Source: Mycoplasmatota bacterium (lineage in GTDB: Bacteria > Bacillota_I > Bacilli_A > MAG-NZ). From it: a DNA stretch of 32,000 nt. The first letter of the stretch is position 1, and each line of letters begins with the position of its first letter. The notes under the pieces are model-generated. The model was not told the DNA's origin, searched no databases, and was given only the letters and a program-made list of their open reading frames with translations. The translations under genes and the position numbers were made by a program. Of this stretch, positions 9,524 to 18,158 are shown piece by piece. The stretch covers positions 1,116,615 through 1,148,614 of the forward strand of contig CP074575.1 in NCBI GenBank assembly GCA_018394315.1. Reading direction: 5' to 3'.

Positions 9524-10708
9524 ATGGTATTACAAAGAGGAAAAGTTGTACAAGCCATGGATATAGTTAAAGAAGAGAACATAGATTTATGGATTACAAT
9601 TGGGAAAGAGACAGTAATGAATTCTGATCCAGTTATTCCGTTATTATCAACTACAGAATTTGGAAGCTTAACTGCTATCTTAATAACAAATAATTCTAGA
9701 AATATTGCACTGACTGGTCATCTAGATTTTGACGGTATGAAAGAAACAAAATGTTTTGATGAGGTAAGGATGTATGATAAAGGTTTCAAGGATGAGTTCC
9801 TTAAACTGTTGAACGAAATAAAACCTAAAGTAATTGCTTTAAATTTCTCTGAAGATGTGGCTAGTGATGGCTTATCTCATGGACTATATTTAAGACTGAC
9901 AAACTATTTCGAAGAATTTGGCTTTACTGGTCAAATAATTTCAAGTGAAAAAGTAATCGGTAAATTAAGAGGTAGAAAAACTAGTGAGGAACTCAAGAGA
10001 ATAAAGAAAGCAACCAAAGCTACCGAAATGATACTAAAAGAATGTGTTGGTTTTATAAGAGAGGGTGTTAGTGAATTAGATATTTTCAACTTTTGTCAAA
10101 GTAGAATTGAAGAACTAGGTTACGGTTATGCATGGGAGAAGAACCATAACCCTGGTGTTATGGTTGGTCATAAAGGAGCGTCTGGACATGTTGGACCTAG
10201 TTCAGAGGTTTTTGTGGAAAAGGGTGATTTAGTGACCTTAGACTTTGGTATTAAGGTTGATGAATATTCTTCTGATATTCAAAGAGTGTATTATATACCG
10301 AATGATGGTGAAACTAGTGTGCCTGAGGAGTTTACTAAGGGATTAAAGAATATGCATGAGGCGATAGATGCGGGAATAGCTAAGATGAGGCCAGGACTAA
10401 GTGCATATGTACCAGATAGTGAAGCAAGAAGGGTTCTGAAAGAAAAAGGGTTACCAGAATTTAATTTTGGTTTCGGTCATCAAGTAGGGCGAGAAGCTCA
10501 TGATGGTGGTGTTATGATGGGGCCTCTTTGGGAGAGATACTTAGGTATTGTTGAAGCTCCTTTAGAAGTTGGGATGGTTTTTACAGTTGACATAAACATT
10601 CCTTTTTCAAAGGGTAAGATTGGTCAAGAGGATATGGCGTATATAGGTGAATTTGAAACAGTATTACTTTCAAATCGTCAAAATGAAATATACTTTTGCA
10701 AAGATTAG
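9524..10708 (+). CDS. M24-family peptidase, Xaa-Pro aminopeptidase-like (group II, copy 2)
   Basis: 394 aa, colinear with the 6851..8029 product. Shared motifs include VKEENIDLWITIGKETVMNSDPVI, LDFGIKVDEYSSD, GFGHQVGREAHDGG, FTVDIN and GQEDMAYIG. Strong AGGAGG SD. Confidence 0.8.
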   Translation: MVLQRGKVVQAMDIVKEENIDLWITIGKETVMNSDPVIPLLSTTEFGSLTAILITNNSRNIALTGHLDFDGMKETKCFDEVRMYDKGFKDEFLKLLNEIKPKVIALNFSEDVASDGLSHGLYLRLTNYFEEFGFTGQIISSEKVIGKLRGRKTSEELKRIKKATKATEMILKECVGFIREGVSELDIFNFCQSRIEELGYGYAWEKNHNPGVMVGHKGASGHVGPSSEVFVEKGDLVTLDFGIKVDEYSSDIQRVYYIPNDGETSVPEEFTKGLKNMHEAIDAGIAKMRPGLSAYVPDSEARRVLKEKGLPEFNFGFGHQVGREAHDGGVMMGPLWERYLGIVEAPLEVGMVFTVDINIPFSKGKIGQEDMAYIGEFETVLLSNRQNEIYFCKD

Positions 10709-10718
10709 AGGATGAAAT

Positions 10719-11951
10719 ATGAATTTAAAAGATAAATTAGCAATATATGCAAAAATGATTGTTGAACAAGGTGTTGCATTAGAAAGGGGTCAAAAAGTAT
10801 TAATTAGAGCGTTTATAGATTCAATACAGTTAGTTAGATTAATTTCAAAAGAAGCATATAAGAATGGCGCAAGTAATGTTGTTGTAATATGGTCAGATGA
10901 TGAACTTGATAGAGATTTCGCATTCTTTTCTTCTGAGAATGATTTAGCTACCTATCCTAAATGGCAAAAAGAGATTTTCGATGATATCTTGGATTCTGGG
11001 GGTGTATCTATCAGTGTTAGGGCACCAAACTCTAGAATGTATGATGGAGTACCTAAAGATAGATTGTCTACTTTAACAAAAACTACTAGAACAGGATTTG
11101 CTAGTTTTTCTAGTGCAATTAGTTCCTCTGAAGTTAAATGGGTTGTAGTTAACGCTGTATCGAAGGCGTGGGCTACTCAAGTTTATCCAAGCTTGATAGT
11201 TGAGGATGCTTGCGAGAAACTATGGGATGATATTTTTTATTGTTGTAAACTAAATGAACCAAGTCCGCAAAAGGCACTTTCAAATCATGCTAGAAAGATT
11301 AATGAGACTGCTAAAAAAATAACTAAAAAACAATATAAAAAATTACTGTATGTTGGTCCCGGTACTGACTTAGAAGTGGTATTGCCAGAAAATCATCTTT
11401 TTGTAGGTGGTGGAAATATTGATGGAGATACTGTTCAAATGAGTAATATACCCACATATGAAATAGCATCTTTACCACATAAGTATGGTGTAAATGGTAG
11501 ATTATCCGCTACATTGCCACTTGTTTATAATGGAAATATTATTGAAAACTTCTGGTTTGAATTTAAAGATGGAAAAGTCATTGACTATGATGCAAAAGTA
11601 GGTAGAGACGCAATTGCAAGTATCTTAAGTATAGATGAAGGAGCAAGTTATCTAGGAGAGGTAGCGATTGTATCTCAAGATTCAGAAATAGCCTCTTTGA
11701 ATAAGCTGTTTTATAGTACATTATTAGATGAGAATGCAAGTTGCCATTTTGCATTAGGGTCAGCTTATCCTACATGTTTAGTTGGGGCAAAAGGGAAAAG
11801 TAAAGCTGAGCTAGAAAAACTTGGAGTTAACACTAGCATAACTCATGTGGATTTTATGGTAGGGTCATTTGAATTAGATATAATCGGTGTTTTTGAAGAT
11901 GGAAGCAAAGAGTTTATACTTAAAAACGGTGTGTTTTCAAATGAATTGTGA
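10719..11951 (+). CDS. M29-family aminopeptidase (AmpS/PepS/aminopeptidase T type)
   Basis: 410 aa. The N-terminus LAIYAKMIVEQGVALERGQKVLI and the C-terminal CHFALGSAYP ... THVDFM are characteristic of the thermophilic-metalloprotease M29 family. Confidence 0.85.
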   Translation: MNLKDKLAIYAKMIVEQGVALERGQKVLIRAFIDSIQLVRLISKEAYKNGASNVVVIWSDDELDRDFAFFSSENDLATYPKWQKEIFDDILDSGGVSISVRAPNSRMYDGVPKDRLSTLTKTTRTGFASFSSAISSSEVKWVVVNAVSKAWATQVYPSLIVEDACEKLWDDIFYCCKLNEPSPQKALSNHARKINETAKKITKKQYKKLLYVGPGTDLEVVLPENHLFVGGGNIDGDTVQMSNIPTYEIASLPHKYGVNGRLSATLPLVYNGNIIENFWFEFKDGKVIDYDAKVGRDAIASILSIDEGASYLGEVAIVSQDSEIASLNKLFYSTLLDENASCHFALGSAYPTCLVGAKGKSKAELEKLGVNTSITHVDFMVGSFELDIIGVFEDGSKEFILKNGVFSNEL

Positions 11952-11964
11952 AAGGGATGCGAAG

Positions 11965-13347
11965 ATGAATAGTAAGTTAAATATATATCATAATGAAATG
12001 GTTGAGGAGTTGCAGGCAGTAGTTCGAATTAAGAGTGTGGAAGATTATTCTACTGCGAGTAAGGGGAAACCATTTGGTGAAGGTCCTTATAATGTGTTAG
12101 ATTACGTTCTGAATCTATGTGAAAGATTAGGAATGAATACTACAAATATGGATGGATACGTAGGTTATGCAGAAGTTGGTGAAGGAGATGAAATGATCGC
12201 TTTACTGACTCATTTAGATGTTGTACCGGAAGGAGAATTAGATAATTGGGAGTTTCCTCCTTATTCAGCAACAATCAAAGATGGAATGATTTTTGGAAGG
12301 GGAGTTAGTGATAATAAATCACCTGCAATAGCGTCAATATATGCTTTGAAATCTCTAATGGACTCTAAAACTGAGTTTAATAAACGAGTCCGCTTAATAT
12401 TTGGAGCTAACGAAGAGAGTGGATTTGAATGTATGAAACACTATGTAAGACATGGTGAAATTCCTACAATTGGATTTACTCCAGATGCGATGTTTCCTAT
12501 AGTGCATGGGGAAAAGGGCATAACACAACTGTTATTTAAATATGATTTAAAACAATTAGAGCATGTTGAGTTAATAGACTTGGTAGGTGGGAATGCGCCT
12601 AATAACGTCCCTGACAAGTGCGTACTTACTGTTAAACCTAATAATGTTACCAAGTTAGTTGACGAGGTTAATCAGTTTTTAAAGGATAATGAATACTCTG
12701 GTAAAGTTACTGTAAGTGGAGATAAGGTTGTAGTTGTTATATATGGACAGTCTGCTCATGCTTCTACACCTGAAGAAGGAATTAATTCAATTGCTCAAAT
12801 GCTTCGTTTAATGGAAGAATGTGATATGAATTTTGAGTTCGTTAGAGCTTATAATAAAAAGATTGGTTTATGCTATGATGGATTTTTGATGAATTGTAAT
12901 TTTAAGGATGAGTATGGAATTCTTACTATGAATGTAGGATTAGTTGAAGTTGATTCTAATAGAATAAATTTTACTATTGATGTTAGATATCCTATCTCCT
13001 TAACAATTGAAGATATTTTTGAGCCTATGAAAGAATCTTTAAATGCAGTAGGTTTTGACATTGAAACTATAATAAATAAAGACCCGATTTTTTATGAACT
13101 AGACAATCCTATTATACAATCACTTGTTAGTGCTTATCGAGAGGTAACAAATGATAATGTTAATCAGCCTATGACAATGGGTGGCGGAACTTACGCAAGA
13201 GCCATGCCAAATCTTGTTGCTTTTGGTGGGATGTTTCCAAACGAACAATCCAATGCTCATCAGCCTAATGAATTTATTTCTATAAATAGATTTTTTGAAC
13301 AGACTGAAATTTATATCAAAGCAATTCAAAACTTATTGAATCTATAA
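11965..13347 (+). CDS. pepV: M20-family dipeptidase (PepV / Sapep-like)
   Basis: Motifs HLDVVPEG, GRGVSDNK, GANEESG and MTMGGGTYAR. I place the start at ATG 11965 (AAAGGGA SD 8 nt upstream, just after the M29 stop) rather than the ORF-track start at 11887, which overlaps the M29 gene. Confidence 0.85.
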   Translation: MNSKLNIYHNEMVEELQAVVRIKSVEDYSTASKGKPFGEGPYNVLDYVLNLCERLGMNTTNMDGYVGYAEVGEGDEMIALLTHLDVVPEGELDNWEFPPYSATIKDGMIFGRGVSDNKSPAIASIYALKSLMDSKTEFNKRVRLIFGANEESGFECMKHYVRHGEIPTIGFTPDAMFPIVHGEKGITQLLFKYDLKQLEHVELIDLVGGNAPNNVPDKCVLTVKPNNVTKLVDEVNQFLKDNEYSGKVTVSGDKVVVVIYGQSAHASTPEEGINSIAQMLRLMEECDMNFEFVRAYNKKIGLCYDGFLMNCNFKDEYGILTMNVGLVEVDSNRINFTIDVRYPISLTIEDIFEPMKESLNAVGFDIETIINKDPIFYELDNPIIQSLVSAYREVTNDNVNQPMTMGGGTYARAMPNLVAFGGMFPNEQSNAHQPNEFISINRFFEQTEIYIKAIQNLLNL

Positions 13348-13415
13348 AGAAATACTTTTAGTTACGGAAGCGATGTTAAAAAAGTATCATATTTTACAAA
13401 TATGTTAAAAAAATA

Positions 13416-13444
13416 TTGACTCTTACCTAGTCACGTGGTAATAT
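13416..13444 (+). promoter_or_regulatory. Sigma-A-type promoter for the aminotransferase gene
   Basis: TTGACT, a 17-nt spacer, then TAATAT, about 45 nt upstream of the AAGGAGA SD and ATG 13492. Confidence 0.5.
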
Positions 13445-13491
13445 GTTGAGACTATATATAATAAAAATTACATTCGAAAAGGAGAAGCAAA

Positions 13492-14685
13492 ATGGGAAAG
13501 AATTTATTTATTCATGAGAATGTTAATAAGGAAGCTTTAAAGAAAAAAGCTTTCAATTATCGATGGGCTGAAATTGAGGATGGTGTAATACCATTAACAG
13601 CTGCTGATCCGGATTTTCCAGTTGCTCCTGAGATTAAGAATGCCTTGATTAATTACATTAATGATGGTTATTTTTCATACAGCCCGCATACTGGACTTGA
13701 AGATTTTAAGGTAGCTATAGCTAATTCATTGAATAGTAGAAAGAATGAATTTGTTTCAAGTGAGCTAGTCTTACCAATTGATAGTGCAGCTCGAGGAATG
13801 TTCTTAATCGCAAACACTGTTTTAGAAGAAGGAGACGAAGTAATAGTATTTGATCCGGTAGATTATCTTTTTAGGGAGTCTACACTAAATGCTAAGGGTG
13901 TACCTGTACTGTTTCCTGCGAAGTTAGATAATAATGGTTATATTGATTTAAGTGAGTTGAAAAATTATATCACTAAGAAAACTAGAATGATATGCTTATG
14001 TAATCCACATAATCCATTAGGTGCAGTTTATTCTAAGGAAAACTTAGAATTAATTCTTGATTTAGCTAATGAACATGACCTATGGATAATGAATGACGAA
14101 ATATGGGCAGATATCGTTTATAGTGATAGTGAGTTTTTAAGTATTCTATCTTTAGGTGTTGAAAGAAATAAGAAAACGTTATCGGTTTTTGGATTTTCTA
14201 AAAGTTTCGGGATTGCTGGTTTAAGAGCTGGTTGTATTTATGCTCACGAACAAGAGATATTTAATAAAATTTTAGAAAACTCAAACATGATAACTACCGC
14301 TGGTGGAATCACTTCACTATCACAAATAGCTGGTATTGCTTGCCTAAATGAAAGTTATTACTGGGTTGAAGAGTTTATAAAACATCTAGAAAAGAATAGA
14401 GATTACGCTGTAGAGCGGTTAAATAAAATGAATAAAATTACATGTCATTTACCGAGTGCTACTTACTTAGTATTTCCAAATATTTCGGAAACTGGAATGA
14501 CTTCTGAAGTATTTGTAGAAAGGTTAAAAGAAGAAGCGAAATTAGCGGTTGTTCCTGGTACAGCTAAGTTTTTTGGTCCAGGTGCCGAAGGACACATAAG
14601 AATTTGTTATGCAACTTCCTTTGAAATTCTAAAAGAAGGTCTAGATAGAATGGAAGATTGGGTAAATAAGAATATCGATAAGTAA
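13492..14685 (+). CDS. PLP-dependent class I/II aminotransferase (possibly MalY/PatB-like C-S lyase)
   Basis: 397 aa. Motifs NPHNPLG and the PLP-lysine motif SKSFGIAGLRAG. The N-terminal W..I.DGVIPLTAADPDFP resembles C-S lyase-type members. Confidence 0.8.
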   Translation: MGKNLFIHENVNKEALKKKAFNYRWAEIEDGVIPLTAADPDFPVAPEIKNALINYINDGYFSYSPHTGLEDFKVAIANSLNSRKNEFVSSELVLPIDSAARGMFLIANTVLEEGDEVIVFDPVDYLFRESTLNAKGVPVLFPAKLDNNGYIDLSELKNYITKKTRMICLCNPHNPLGAVYSKENLELILDLANEHDLWIMNDEIWADIVYSDSEFLSILSLGVERNKKTLSVFGFSKSFGIAGLRAGCIYAHEQEIFNKILENSNMITTAGGITSLSQIAGIACLNESYYWVEEFIKHLEKNRDYAVERLNKMNKITCHLPSATYLVFPNISETGMTSEVFVERLKEEAKLAVVPGTAKFFGPGAEGHIRICYATSFEILKEGLDRMEDWVNKNIDK

Positions 14686-14798
14686 TCTTATAATGAATGG
14701 GATTATTATTAGTACTTAGTTTACTTTCATAGTATTTAGTTTTTAAGTACTGACGATAGAACTATGCTTTTCACCATAATTGATTAACTTAAAGGGAG

Positions 14799-15974
14799 AT
14801 GATTTCATTGGATCTAGAGAAAATTAAGCAACTAGAAACTCTACTTGAGAAGAGCAATGTAGATATGTATTTAGTTCTTTCAAGAGAGGACTCAGATATT
14901 ACAATGAGCCTATTTCTGGATGTTCATATAGTAGCACAAACAGCTATTATTTTTAGGCGTAATGGTAAGCATATAGTTCTAACTGGGGCTACTGATGCAA
15001 ATGCATATAGTAGCTTTGGCATCTTTGAAATCATTACAGTTGAAGATGACTTTTATCGCGAACTTGTTGAAATTATTGATAAGATTGAACCGAATAAAAT
15101 TGCTTTAAACATTTCCACTACTGATTATTTAGCCGATGGACTTACTATGGGGCAGTATCTGTGCTTAGAAAGTACATTAAGAAGTGATCGTCTTAAAGAA
15201 TTAGAAGTTTCAAGTGAAGATCTTTTAAACGAGATTAGATCGGTCAAGTCAGAGTATGAAATCAAATTGATCGAAAAAGCTGTGCAAATCACTTGTGATA
15301 TATATGATGAAGTACGTTCAGAAATTAGAGTAGGAATGAGTGAAACAGAGATTGGTGACTTGTTTGTAGCAGGATTAAAAAAATATGGCGTTATTAATGC
15401 GCTTGGTGGTAGCTACAACTATCCACTGGTTATGATTAATAGATGTGGTTTAGCTCATAGAGAACCTGTGAGTAGTTACGTGTTAGAAAAAGGAGATATA
15501 TTGATCTGTGACTTCAGTGTCATTTATGAAGGTTATTGCTCAGATATCGCAAGAAGCTTTTATGTTTTGAAGGATAATGAAAAAAGAGCTCCAAAGGATG
15601 TCCAAGATGCATTTGATACAACTGTTAAAGCTGTATCTAATATTATTAGTAACATGAAACCTGGATTAAAGGGGTATGAGATTGATAGTTTAGGGCGTAG
15701 TGTAATCGAAGCCGGAGGATATCCTACAATTAGACATTCAGCTGGACATCAACTAGGTAGGAAAGTTCATGATGGTGGAACACCACTATCTCCTTATAGC
15801 GAAAATAGACCAAGAACTATGAATAAAATAAGAGTCAATGAAGTTTATGCAATTGAACCAACAGTGATACAGGATAATGGACTTCCTAGTTTCATTGTTG
15901 AAGAAGATATTGTGGTAAGTAAAAATGGAGTAAGAGTCTTGAGTAGAAGACAAACAGAACTTTGGCTTATTTAA
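14799..15974 (+). CDS. M24B Xaa-Pro aminopeptidase/dipeptidase-like (group III, copy 1)
   Basis: 391 aa with canonical ligand pattern CDFSVIYEGYCSD, AGHQLGRKVHDGG, AIEPTV and EEDIVV. The start may instead be TTG 14808, which is 9 nt from GGGAG; ATG 14799 abuts the SD. Confidence 0.85.
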   Translation: MISLDLEKIKQLETLLEKSNVDMYLVLSREDSDITMSLFLDVHIVAQTAIIFRRNGKHIVLTGATDANAYSSFGIFEIITVEDDFYRELVEIIDKIEPNKIALNISTTDYLADGLTMGQYLCLESTLRSDRLKELEVSSEDLLNEIRSVKSEYEIKLIEKAVQITCDIYDEVRSEIRVGMSETEIGDLFVAGLKKYGVINALGGSYNYPLVMINRCGLAHREPVSSYVLEKGDILICDFSVIYEGYCSDIARSFYVLKDNEKRAPKDVQDAFDTTVKAVSNIISNMKPGLKGYEIDSLGRSVIEAGGYPTIRHSAGHQLGRKVHDGGTPLSPYSENRPRTMNKIRVNEVYAIEPTVIQDNGLPSFIVEEDIVVSKNGVRVLSRRQTELWLI

Positions 15975-16021
15975 AAGTAGGATATATTGGACAAGATTAA
16001 ATAAAGGGTTTGAAACCTCCC

Positions 16022-16080
16022 ATCTAGAACCTTAAGGGATACTAAAGGACTTATTTTAGTATCGTTTAGGGTGTCTAGAT
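16022..16080 (+). terminator. Long imperfect hairpin, probable terminator
   Basis: ATCTAGA..GATACTAAA / TTTAGTATC..TCTAGAT arms (about 25 pairs including wobbles and bulges) with loop GGACTTAT, followed by ATTATATTTGT. Confidence 0.4.
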
Positions 16081-16288
16081 ATTATATTTGTAAAAATTCT
16101 TAAATGTTGAGTAATGTAAATAAATATCTATATTTGAAATTGCTATAAAAGTGTCACTAATATGTGAAGAAATGATGGTACTCTTCTAGTAAAGTTGTAA
16201 AATTAGTTTTAAGCTAGTGAATGGGTTGTTGTTTATTACCTAAAGAAACGTATATTATGAAATAATTGAAAGAATGAGGGAATTATAG

Positions 16289-17461
16289 ATGGGTAAATAT
16301 TGTCTTCAAAAAGAAAAAATCGATCAAACAAAAAAATATCTTAAAGAGAATGATATAGATTGTTGGTTGATAAAAACTAAAGAGGGCAGTGACCCGTGTA
16401 TGTCTCTTATTTTTGGTTTTACAGTAGTAGGAGAAGCAATAATGATTATCACTCAGAGAAAGACGTATTCTATTGTAAGCATCATTGATGCACAAGACTC
16501 AGAGGAATGTGGACTTTTTGATGAGGTTATTAAGTATGGTAAAGAGGGAATAAAAGAACATTTAATTAATTTGCTATCACAGATAAAACCGAAGAAAATA
16601 GCCATTAACTATTCAAAGGATAGTCATCTGTCTGATGGATTAACGGTAGGTAGTTACCGTAATTTGATGGATATGGTTGGTAGTGAGAGTTATGAATTTA
16701 TATCTAGTGAAATGTTTCTTCAAAGATTAAGAAGTATTAAATCAAAACAAGAAATCGAATACATTCAAAAGGCAATTGATTTAACTTTAGAAATATATGA
16801 TGTAGTCTTTACCAAGATAAGAAAAGGAATGTCGGAAATAGAAATAGGAAACTTGTTTATCGAAGAGATGAAAAGGTTAGGAGTTGTTAATGGAATTAGT
16901 AGAAAATTAACACCTCCGATTGTTATGAAGTGTAATATTGCTCATCGACCTCCATCTAACGCAATTATTGAAGGTGGGGATTATCTAATATTTGACTTTT
17001 CTGTTGATTATAAAGGTTACTGTTCTGACATAGCTAGAACTTGCTATGTTTTAAAAGATGGTGAAGAAAAAGCAAGTGAAGAAATGGATAGAGCCTTTAA
17101 AGTCATATATGAAGCTGTTAATAAAGCTGTAGATTCATTAAGGCCTGGAACATTGGGATTTGAAGTCGATAGAGTCGCTAGACAATATGTCGTTGATATG
17201 GGTTATCCTAATATAATTCATGCAGTAGGTCACCAAATTGGACGAAACGTCCATGATGGTGGAACTCTACTTGCGCCTGATTTGAAGAGATATAAAAAGG
17301 GATCATATGGTATAATTGAAGAGGGAATGGTATTTGCGGTTGAACCTACTATATTATATACGGAAGGTCCAGCGATCATTTCAGAAGAGAATGTTTTAAT
17401 TACAAACAATGGAGCAATATTTTTGAGCAAGAGGCAAGAATCTTTAGTACTTATAAAGTAA
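16289..17461 (+). CDS. M24B Xaa-Pro aminopeptidase/dipeptidase-like (group III, copy 2)
   Basis: 390 aa. Motifs FDFSVDYKGYCSD, VGHQIGRNVHDGG, AVEPTI and EENVLIT. GAGGGA SD. Confidence 0.85.
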   Translation: MGKYCLQKEKIDQTKKYLKENDIDCWLIKTKEGSDPCMSLIFGFTVVGEAIMIITQRKTYSIVSIIDAQDSEECGLFDEVIKYGKEGIKEHLINLLSQIKPKKIAINYSKDSHLSDGLTVGSYRNLMDMVGSESYEFISSEMFLQRLRSIKSKQEIEYIQKAIDLTLEIYDVVFTKIRKGMSEIEIGNLFIEEMKRLGVVNGISRKLTPPIVMKCNIAHRPPSNAIIEGGDYLIFDFSVDYKGYCSDIARTCYVLKDGEEKASEEMDRAFKVIYEAVNKAVDSLRPGTLGFEVDRVARQYVVDMGYPNIIHAVGHQIGRNVHDGGTLLAPDLKRYKKGSYGIIEEGMVFAVEPTILYTEGPAIISEENVLITNNGAIFLSKRQESLVLIK

Positions 17462-17728
17462 ACAATAAGGGAAGTATAGAAATTATCTCTCACGATCTAA
17501 GCGTTGTAAAATAAATTATAGAACCTAAATTTTATATCTAGAAAATATTGCTGAGACAGTTCCGAGTATAAACTTTAGACCCGTTTCATCCATAAATTTA
17601 ATAGAAGGTGACAAATGAAATATAATTTTAAGGAACAAAGTTCAAGACCGGTAAATGAAGCTGAATGGTATTTTTTTACTATCCCATAGCTACTATTAGA
17701 AAGAAGCAAGAACAATAATTGTTAATCA

Positions 17729-17756
17729 TTGAAACGGTCATTGGTACCGTTATTAT
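17729..17756 (+). promoter_or_regulatory. Candidate sigma-A promoter with palindromic operator in the spacer
   Basis: TTGAAA (17729-17734), a 16-nt spacer, then TATTAT (17751-17756). The spacer is the inverted repeat AACGGT-N7-ACCGTT (17733-17751). It lies about 20 nt upstream of the GAGGAA SD and GTG 17778. Confidence 0.4.
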
Positions 17757-17777
17757 ATTAGAAACGAGGAAATAGTT

Positions 17778-18155
17778 GTGAAGAATTTAATCAATACCAG
17801 CAATGCCCCTGCGGCTGTTGGCCCATATACGCAGGCATTTGAGGCCCATGGAACACTTTTCGTGTCAGGGCAGATACCTTTCGTACCAGAAACAATGACT
17901 CTGGTAAGTGATGATATCTCAGATCAAGCAAGACAATCACTTGAAAATGTCAAAGCAATAGTAAATGAGGCTGGATATGAAATAACCGATATTGTGAAGT
18001 GTCAAGTTTTCTTAAATGATATGAATGATTTTCAAGCCGTTAATAATGTTTATGCTGATTTTTTTGGCGACCATAAACCAGCTAGATGCGCTGTTGAAGT
18101 CTCAAGACTTCCAAAAGATGTAGGGGTAGAGATTGACGCTATTTGCGTCAAATAG
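17778..18155 (+). CDS. ridA: RidA family (YjgF/YER057c/UK114) reactive enamine/imine deaminase
   Basis: 125 aa. Motifs APAAVGPYTQA, SGQIPF and ARCAVEVSRLPKDVGVEIDAI. GTG start with an SD. Confidence 0.9.
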   Translation: MKNLINTSNAPAAVGPYTQAFEAHGTLFVSGQIPFVPETMTLVSDDISDQARQSLENVKAIVNEAGYEITDIVKCQVFLNDMNDFQAVNNVYADFFGDHKPARCAVEVSRLPKDVGVEIDAICVK

Positions 18156-18158
18156 ATT

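Noticed and set aside
11887-11964. ORF-track start of the PepV-like gene at 11887, overlapping the M29 gene by 65 nt.
   Set aside because: The extension (MFLKMEAKSLYLKTVCFQMNCERDAK) lies inside the M29 coding frame and has no SD. ATG 11965 has an AAAGGGA SD and yields a normal PepV N-terminus.
13348-13400. Possible terminator after pepV (ATACTTTT ... AAAAGTAT).
   Set aside because: The stem is all A-U with an 18-nt loop, so predicted stability is too low to call. A similar weak AGTACTTA/TAAGTACT pair at ~14720-14760 lacks a U-tract.
17615-17689. 24-codon ORF (MKYNFKEQSSRPVNEAEWYFFTIP) with an AAGGTG SD in the spacer before ridA.
   Set aside because: It is too short to evaluate and has no recognisable leader-peptide logic: no run of regulatory codons and no adjacent terminator/antiterminator pair. 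It could be real, but the sequence alone does not support it.
17729-17745. Possible CcpA cre site around TTGAAACGGTCATTG.
   Set aside because: It does not fit the cre core (TGNAANCGNTNNCA): the central CG is out of register. The AACGGT/ACCGTT palindrome is the better description.
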